Assembly (NCBI GenBank): GCA_003056265.1
Contig: NBVN01000003.1
Location: 1 to 32,000 of the forward strand
Reading direction: 5' to 3'
Length of the DNA: 32,000 bases
From: Zestosphaera tikiterensis
GTDB lineage: Archaea > Thermoproteota > Thermoprotei_A > Sulfolobales > NBVN01
A program made the translations under genes and the position numbers. The number at the start of each line of letters is the position of its first letter. The first letter of the stretch is position 1. Shown piece by piece: positions 31,220 through 32,000 of this stretch. The notes below the pieces were generated by a model. That model did not search any database. It worked only from the letters and a program-made list of their open reading frames with translations, and was not told the DNA's origin.

Positions 31220-32000
31220 ATGACTTATAGGCAGGCCAAGTGGGGTGAGCCAATAATATTTGAGTTAAGTAAAGAGAGCAAGCAATCATTCATCATAGAT
31301 GACATGTTTAAGGAGTACGCTAACGAAGCACTCAGTAAAATCCCCGAAGACCTTCGTAGGAAATCCGCGCTCAAGATACCTAACTTAAGTGAGGTTGAGG
31401 TTGTAAGGCATTTTACACGACTCACTCAAATGGCTTACGGAGTTGATGTAGGTCCAGTGCCTTTAGGTTCCTGCACTATGAAGTACAACCCTAAAGTCTC
31501 AGAAGAGCTCGCTAACGACCAAAGAGTTACGGAGCTCCATCCATATCAAGATGAGGAAACGGCTCAAGGAATACTTGAGATCATGTATTTAATGCAGAGA
31601 TGGCTTGCTGAAATAACTGGAACCGACGAATGTTCGTTACAACCCCCGGCCGGAGCTTCCGGCGAGTTCACTGGAGCTTTAATAATTAAGAAGTACCATA
31701 TAGACCATGGGATGCATTATAAAAACGAGATGATAGTTCCTGACGCAGCTCACGGTTCGAACCCGGCCAGTTCCGCAATGGCTGGGTTTAAAGTTGTTAA
31801 GATACCTACAGATAGCGACGGGGAGACGGACATTAACGCGCTTAAAGCTGCTTTAAGCGAGAGAACAGCCGGTTTAATGCTGACTAACCCCAACACATTA
31901 GGCATATTTGAAAGTAAAATCTTAGATATAGCCGACGCTATACATGAACGTAAAGCCTTCCTATATTACGACGGTGCGAATTTAAACGGGATCATAGGAG
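31220..32000 (+). CDS. gcvPB: Glycine dehydrogenase subunit 2, 5' part (runs off the window)
   Basis: ATG 31220 lies one nucleotide after the gcvPA stop. MTYRQAKWGEPIIFELS...LGSCTMKYNP...HGSNPAS is open to the window end. Not in the ORF track because it is open-ended. Confidence 0.9.
   Translation, partial: MTYRQAKWGEPIIFELSKESKQSFIIDDMFKEYANEALSKIPEDLRRKSALKIPNLSEVEVVRHFTRLTQMAYGVDVGPVPLGSCTMKYNPKVSEELANDQRVTELHPYQDEETAQGILEIMYLMQRWLAEITGTDECSLQPPAGASGEFTGALIIKKYHIDHGMHYKNEMIVPDAAHGSNPASSAMAGFKVVKIPTDSDGETDINALKAALSERTAGLMLTNPNTLGIFESKILDIADAIHERKAFLYYDGANLNGIIG

Noticed and set aside
1-32000. Search for CRISPR arrays, rRNA genes, IS elements with terminal inverted repeats, and long perfect repeats.
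   Set aside because: None were seen. The only repeats are the tRNA relics, short tandem repeats at 3265-3287 and 8060-8140, and the paralogous TA genes.

Overview
The window looks like chromosome from an AT-rich hyperthermophilic archaeon, probably a crenarchaeote. The gene set supports this: Elf1-like Zn-ribbon factor, PriL, PCNA, GGGP synthase, a PIN-KH ATPase, an SSV-type integrase fragment, tRNAs with encoded CCA, and frequent GTG/TTG starts.

The window splits into two parts.

(1) Positions 1 to about 15000 are an accessory island anchored at an intact tRNA-Arg(TCG) at 196-273.
- Three progressively decayed copies of that tRNA's 3' half lie downstream (1976-2019, 10104-10143, 11631-11686). 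Each sits 140-200 nt upstream of a minus-strand toxin-antitoxin operon.
- I found no integrase in the island.
- It holds at least 7 TA-like modules (DUF104-type antitoxin/PIN, UPF0175/DUF3368-like PIN, aRelBE, VapBC, and a retropepsin-like pair). Several of the toxins carry visible lesions.
- It also holds a heavily frameshifted Zn-ribbon SAM methyltransferase pseudogene and a tRNA-Ser(CGA) relic that lacks its 5' acceptor strand.
- A 1593-aa secreted, C-terminally anchored, sequon-rich surface protein is encoded here. By my hand counts of a few lines it is more GC-rich than the core genes.
- Several short GC-rich, hairpin-bearing intergenic patches do not read as coding. One contains the exact 16S 3'-terminal sequence GGATCACCTCCTTA.

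(2) Positions about 15000 to 32000 are mostly core genes:
- Nudix hydrolase, a TaqI-like N6-adenine methyltransferase with no recognisable endonuclease, MetRS, PriL, an Lrp/AsnC operon, PCNA and the PIN-KH ATPase
- tRNA-His(GTG) with an abutting SSV-type Int(N) fragment
- Elf1, GGGP synthase and a polytopic membrane protein
- a divergent glycine-cleavage cluster (gcvH, gcvT, gcvPA, gcvPB)

I saw no rRNA and no CRISPR array. Family names are from memory of motifs and no searches were run. No single clearly novel system stands out. The candidates I would follow up first are the stacked tRNA-relic/TA island, the GC-rich structured patches, the retropepsin two-gene module and the giant surface protein.
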